Positions 61,010 to 64,000 of a DNA stretch of 64,000 nucleotides are shown piece by piece; positions within the stretch are counted from its first letter, which is position 1, and each line of letters begins with the position of its first letter. The translations under genes were made by a program, and so were the position numbers. The notes below the pieces were generated by a model. That model made no database searches and was not told the origin of the DNA. It worked only from the letters and a program-made list of their open reading frames with translations. The DNA is from Adineta vaga (lineage: Eukaryota; Animalia; Rotifera), in contig CP075497.1 in assembly GCA_021613535.1 (NCBI GenBank), positions 13,764,001 through 13,828,000 of the forward strand. The letters run 5' to 3'.

Positions 61010-62407
61010 TTATGCTGATATTTTATGCTTCTTGATATATTTCATCCGTTCAGTCATATGGAAACGACGATTATCAATAGCATCGAGTATCAATTTTTGC
61101 CATTGGGATGTTGATTTCATGAATCTGTTATTTTTAAAAAATTTGTTTCGTTCAGTATGTATGATTGTGTTGGTATTTTCAATTTTTTTCTTATAAGTTA
61201 ATATTGCTCGATGAATGATATTGTTCTTAGATGTTTTCATTTGCTCGATTTCATTTGAGGAACAGTTAGTAGTTGAAGATAATTCCATACTTTCTTTCAA
61301 CTTTTCTAGATTAACATTAATATTATCAATGATTTCATGAACTGAATTAGACGCTGATTGTAATCGTGTTTGTGTTGATGTAAGACGATGTTGTAACAAG
61401 GCGATCTCTTCTTCAGCTATCAGTTGTTCTTTGGTAGCTTTCCATATACGTCTTGCTAAGATAATCTGAAGTAAATTCAAAATAAGAAAGTATAAAATGT
61501 AATTAAAATGCTTTATAAATTCTATATTTACATGTGTCCTATTTGGTGCAGTAATCAAAAACGTTTGTAATAAATAATGATCAGTTGCATCCAAGATTAA
61601 AATTTCTCTTTTATATTCGAATGCGCGTCGTAGGAGTTGCTGCTTTTCCTGAACTAATTGATTAAGAATTAAAGATAACTCCTTCATTACACATAAACAA
61701 TCATCACTGTTCCCACATTTCAATAACATATCATGTTCAAATTGTTCAATTGTACTTCTTGCTGTTACCAAATGTTTTTGAATTTGTTTTAAACATTGTT
61801 CAATGAGAGTTTTGGATCTGCCATATGTATAATGAATAGAATACTTTTCAGCTGTTACTTTTGACATACGACCACACCAAATGTTTCTTGTCGTACCGAT
61901 ATGATGATAATATTTCCATTGAATTTCTTGTAGTTGTTGAAAAGATAAATGATCAAGTAAACTAATATACTGACGAATAAAGTGTATCTTTTCATCTCCA
62001 TTGAATAGGCAAGTGAACTTCTCTGATCGATTGAAAGCTATAGATGTTATTTGATGTAATACTTCGTCTGATATAGCAATATAATTAACTGAATCATTTG
62101 TAGTTGCTACTTTTTTGCATTTTTTCATTGATACGCTTGTTTCCTCAACCACTGAACTAATAGTTGTTGATTCATTTGGTTTAATTATTTTGTTAGCTGG
62201 TGGTAATTCTTCATTGATAGATAAGTTTACACGTTGTTTATGCAATCTTCGACGATAGCGTTGTGATTTTCGATTTCCACGACTCTTCTTCTTCTTCTTC
62301 TTCTGTTTTTTCTGTTCTTGACCTTGAAATTGTTGCGATTCCTGTTCCATAGTTTGATTTGTATTGCAAAAGTTTGTGTACAAATCTTGAGAGAATGATA
62401 TATCCAT
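61010..62407 (-). CDS. Terminon-associated basic/coiled-coil protein
   Basis: KKKKKKSRGNRKSQRYRRR basic motif and long helical/coiled-coil regions; probable in-frame 66-bp intron at 61466-61531. Confidence 0.8.
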   Translation of the reverse strand: MDISFSQDLYTNFCNTNQTMEQESQQFQGQEQKKQKKKKKKSRGNRKSQRYRRRLHKQRVNLSINEELPPANKIIKPNESTTISSVVEETSVSMKKCKKVATTNDSVNYIAISDEVLHQITSIAFNRSEKFTCLFNGDEKIHFIRQYISLLDHLSFQQLQEIQWKYYHHIGTTRNIWCGRMSKVTAEKYSIHYTYGRSKTLIEQCLKQIQKHLVTARSTIEQFEHDMLLKCGNSDDCLCVMKELSLILNQLVQEKQQLLRRAFEYKREILILDATDHYLLQTFLITAPNRTHVNIEFIKHFNYILYFLILNLLQIILARRIWKATKEQLIAEEEIALLQHRLTSTQTRLQSASNSVHEIIDNINVNLEKLKESMELSSTTNCSSNEIEQMKTSKNNIIHRAILTYKKKIENTNTIIHTERNKFFKNNRFMKSTSQWQKLILDAIDNRRFHMTERMKYIKKHKISA

Positions 62408-62679
62408 TATTGTAATAAGATAATATTAATATAGGAATACTAGATCTAACATGTAAAATAATACAATGAATATATGAGCTTAGATCAAATGATTATTAGA
62501 TATATAAAGACGAGTAAACATTAAAAACATTCTTAGAAAAAGACCAAAAAAAAAATACTTTCTAGATTAGACTAAATATCTTAAATGGAATAGAACATGC
62601 AATCTAACCAAATCTATAATATTTTTCTTGATAAAAGACTTTTATAAAAAGAATTTATTAAAATATTATCTTGTTTGTT

Positions 62680-64000
62680 TTATTGTGCAATTGTAGTATT
62701 CGTATCGAATAGCATTGATTTTGTTGGCTTTTTCTTTACTAATAATTGTTGAAGAGATTTATTAGTCCGTGTACGAATCTTTAATGTAACATTGTTCATA
62801 AGTGAACCAGGATAGATATAAGACTTTTTCCATAGTTGTCGTAGTTTTTGTTTAAATTCAGACATTGGACCACTTGAATAAGGGAAATGAACATTGATTT
62901 CTTTCTTACTATAATTATGAGAAGATTCACTTTGCTTCGAAGTCATTTGTTGTTGTTGTTGTTGTTTTTCTCGTCGACTGGGTTGATTAATTAATTTCTG
63001 ATGAAGTTGCTCATAGATGTCCTTATCTAATTGTTCCATCAATGTTATAGCATTATGTTGTTGAAAGAACTTGTTAAAATGATAGGAAATAAATTTTGGT
63101 GGATAGTCATTCAATAATAGAGTTAATTCAATATGTAATCTTTCTTGATCAAAATCTTCTACATTTGAACAAAGACGTATTGCTCGAAAAAGAGCACCTT
63201 TAATTGTATTACGATGAACATGACGTGGATGATCCGATAAAAATGGAAGAATATACGGTGCAGCTGCTGGTTTATGATAAACATTAGTTCTCAATTGTCC
63301 TTGATTATTATGTACTGATACATCAAGAAATTGAGCACTTAATCTTATTGTTTGAGTAATACTAATATTTTTATCTTTATGATTTGCATGATTGAGTAAT
63401 GTATTAATTTCATCCGTAGAAAGATTAGCCGTCATAAAAACATCATCAATATATCTATAGAAAGATATAAGCAAAAAATAGATAGATAGATAGAAAGTTA
63501 TCCTCTTACCGGCCATATAATTCATTATGAGCTTTTTGATGTTCAATTAATGATTGTTCCCATTTTAACATATAGATATTAGCTAAAGTCATAGTAAATG
63601 GTGATCCCATTGCTCCACCACGAATTTGTTTATAATATTTTCCTTCGTAAACAAAGGAATTTGTATCCAATACTGCATTAGATAATTTCATCAGAGTATC
63701 AATTGTCATGCCATGAATTCTTCCATTACTTGCATGCATATTTAAAAATTGTTGTAAAGCAACTAGAGCTCCATCTCTTGGTATCATTGTATACAAATCG
63801 GTCACATCAAATGTAATAAAATTTGTTGTTGGTGTTAGACGACCGATACTTTGATACAATGCCAATCGTCGAATAAAATGAATGTCATTAATAAATGTAG
63901 TCTGCTTAGTTGCTTGATCAAATATTGGCCGAAGAACTTGATCTAAAAAATGTGATATACCTATGGCTGGTGAATGTATCATGGAGATAATCGGTCTTAA
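62680..64000 (-). CDS. Penelope-like (Athena) reverse transcriptase, C-terminal part; intron 63455-63509
   Basis: FDVTDLYTMIP and YKQIRGGAMGSP motifs; splicing the 55-bp intron yields YGRYIDD. FLDV and YHKP...ILPFLSDHPRH follow, and the ORF ends at KKKPTKSML with no GIY-YIG domain. Confidence 0.93.

Larger units (their letters stand above)
60253..64000 (-). mobile_element. Athena/Terminon (endonuclease-deficient Penelope-like retroelement), 3' portion
   Basis: Co-oriented RT without GIY-YIG, coiled-coil ORF, hammerhead-containing direct repeats and reverse-complement telomeric repeats at the 3' terminus. Confidence 0.9.

Overview
AT-rich eukaryotic genomic DNA with short GT-AG introns. It is most consistent with a bdelloid rotifer (inferred from TGTGGG/TGAGGG telomere-type tracts, an Athena/Terminon retroelement, and LDLa-EGF-GPCR, FG-GAP, NHL and LRR gene families). 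The window looks like a transposon- and pseudogene-rich subtelomere. DNA transposons: an IS630/Tc1-like element with ~670-bp TIRs and an unusually long DDE spacer, an intact piggyBac, an ~11.6-kb EnSpm/CACTA-like element with two accessory genes, and mariner, piggyBac, hAT-MITE and Helentron-like remnants. The right end holds the 3' part of an endonuclease-less Penelope-like (Athena) element. The most striking structure is three co-oriented junctions (22.9, 28.9, 60.3 kb) where a short telomeric tract abuts a minus-strand hammerhead ribozyme; two of them cut through host genes. Host genes include a phospholipid scramblase, a large LDLa/EGF 7TM receptor, several likely horizontally acquired genes or pseudogenes, and an apparent anti-lipopolysaccharide-factor (ALF) homolog next to a Ly6/three-finger membrane protein and an LRR gene. 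All family calls come from motif recognition by eye; no searches were run.
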